DNA of 64,000 bases from Candidatus Saccharimonadales bacterium (GTDB taxonomy: Bacteria > Patescibacteriota > Saccharimonadia > Saccharimonadales > UBA10212): assembly GCA_040900055.1 (NCBI GenBank), contig JBBDZU010000002.1, positions 127,725-191,724 on the forward strand, read 5' to 3'. The notes beneath the pieces were generated by a model, which was not told where the DNA came from, made no database searches, and saw nothing but the letters and a program-made list of their open reading frames with translations. The position numbers were made by a program, and so were the translations under genes. Shown here in pieces: positions 62,815 through 64,000 of the stretch. The stretch's first letter is position 1, and each line of letters starts with the position of its first letter.

Positions 62815-63929
62815 TTAAAAACCGGTTTAAAAAAGCTAAAAAAGTTAAAGACTTGGTACCCGAGGCTGTAGCCGAGAAGGCCGCAGCTCTTAACCCACTA
62901 GCATCTAAAGTAGATAAAACTCCCTCTTTAGAAAATGTTCCCCGCATTACTAACGAGACCATTACCGACCACCGGGAAGAAGTCCTAAAAGGCGCGCGCA
63001 AGTATATTTACCCTCTGCAGCACTCTAAACGCCGCATCGTGACTATAACTTTAGGTATTGCCATTGTTGCCACTATTTCTTTTTTGATTTATTGCATGCT
63101 AGGACTTTATAAGTACTACCAATACAACACCTTTTTGTACCGCGTTACCCAAGTTGTGCCGTTTCCCATCGCCAAGGCTGGGGACGATTATGTGGCTTAC
63201 GAGAATTACCTGTTTGAAATTCGCCGCTACGTGCACTATTACCAGACCCAGCAGCAAGAGTTATTTGGAGGCGACAGCCAAGTAACTTCCTACCGAGGCC
63301 AAGCCTTAACCGACATCATTAACGATGCCTACATTAAGATCCTGGCCAGCCAAAACGGTGTGAAAGTATCTAGCAAAGAAGTTAATGACAGGGTAAACGA
63401 AGTTCGCAACCAAAACCGCCTGGGCAGTAATGACAAAGTATTTGCCGATGTGCTAAGAAGCTATTGGGGATGGTCCGTAAACGACTTTAAGCGCAGTCTA
63501 AAAAATGAAATCGTATCGCACAAAGTAACTGCAAAGTTAGATACCGAAGCGACAAAACGTGCCGAGGATACTCATAAGCAGCTTATAGCCGGCGCCGACT
63601 TTAGCCAGCTGGCCAAGCAAGTTTCTGACGACTCTAGCGCCAAGCAAAATGAGGGCAACTTCGGCTTTAGTATTACCAAAACTAACCCTAACGTACCGCC
63701 CGAAGTTATCACCGCTATTTTTAACCTAAAAAACGGTGAAACTTCCGGTATAGTTCTGGCAAGTCCGGTGCTGGCAGGAGCTGGTCCAACGCTGGAAATA
63801 GTCAAAGTCTTGCAAAATAATGGCAACACAGCTACCGCCCAGCACATCAGCTTTAAGCTTAAAGACGTTAATACCTATATAGAACAGTTAAAGAAAAAAG
63901 AACAGCTCACCAAATACGTGAAGTTCTAG
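62811..63929 (+). CDS. membrane-anchored peptidyl-prolyl isomerase (SurA-N plus parvulin)
   Basis: 372 aa. ADFSQLAKQVSDDSSAKQNEGNFGF parvulin motif. ATGA overlap with the upstream gene. Confidence 0.8.
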   Translation: MIKNRFKKAKKVKDLVPEAVAEKAAALNPLASKVDKTPSLENVPRITNETITDHREEVLKGARKYIYPLQHSKRRIVTITLGIAIVATISFLIYCMLGLYKYYQYNTFLYRVTQVVPFPIAKAGDDYVAYENYLFEIRRYVHYYQTQQQELFGGDSQVTSYRGQALTDIINDAYIKILASQNGVKVSSKEVNDRVNEVRNQNRLGSNDKVFADVLRSYWGWSVNDFKRSLKNEIVSHKVTAKLDTEATKRAEDTHKQLIAGADFSQLAKQVSDDSSAKQNEGNFGFSITKTNPNVPPEVITAIFNLKNGETSGIVLASPVLAGAGPTLEIVKVLQNNGNTATAQHISFKLKDVNTYIEQLKKKEQLTKYVKF

Positions 63930-64000
63930 GCAGCTGCGGGAAAGGGATAGTCAGTAGCTGATTCGGATTCTACAAATGCATGGGGACCCTCTGACGAACG

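Noticed and set aside
63935-64000. GCTGATTCGGATTCTAC resembles the tmRNA 5' region (GCUGAUUCUGGAUUCGAC)
   Set aside because: The preceding bases do not form a GGGG-type acceptor start. The conserved GGAUUCGAC is altered to GGATTCTAC. The window ends after about 40 nt, so neither the 3' tRNA-like half nor a tag ORF can be checked. It is worth re-examining with downstream sequence.

Overview
The window is about 48% GC, gene-dense and mostly + strand. It holds about 60 CDS and 2 tRNAs. Most of it is housekeeping: groES-groEL behind a CIRCE operator, argS, msrB, dnaG-rpoD, polA, mutM, holA, rpsT, truB, rpsO-pnp, a family-4 UDG, RNase J, ftsK, rpsF-ssb-rpsR, efp, tlyA, xer, ndk and ppiC. There is also a complete type IV pilus locus: pilM/N/O, pilB, pilT, pilC, a major pilin, pilD and four minor pilins. 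The gene content, an LPXTG-like sorting signal and the lack of biosynthetic genes suggest a reduced-genome CPR/Patescibacteria bacterium, most like Saccharibacteria. That is an inference, not a proof. The most unusual signal is several families of hairpin-forming repeats that sit in frame inside conserved genes. (1) A 20-bp GC palindrome, CCTGCCTGCCGGCAGGCAGG, occurs four times. It forms the groES tail and an insertion in the MsrB core, both read as LPAGRQ, and occurs twice in a 440-bp composite inverted-repeat element between pilA and pilD. (2) A GC-rich insert of about 180 bp with terminal inverted repeats interrupts the UDG. (3) A hairpin element of about 75 nt sits at the prepilin cleavage junction of two pseudopilins. 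(4) CTANAAA heptad arrays lie around and inside pgi and flank tRNA-Arg. Other notable points: five single-gene GC-rich (about 58-62%) islets encoding secreted or membrane proteins (an HExxH protein, an Rpf-like lipoprotein, an SGNH hydrolase and others), one with a 14-bp flanking direct repeat; a second sigma-70 fused to a LuxR-type HTH; a synonymously recoded duplicate of the polA 5' end; a DnaG lacking its zinc ligands; a terminator-containing leader ahead of a 2H-phosphoesterase/HNH-like pair; and several apparently leaderless genes. No CRISPR array, rRNA or recognisable transposase gene was seen.
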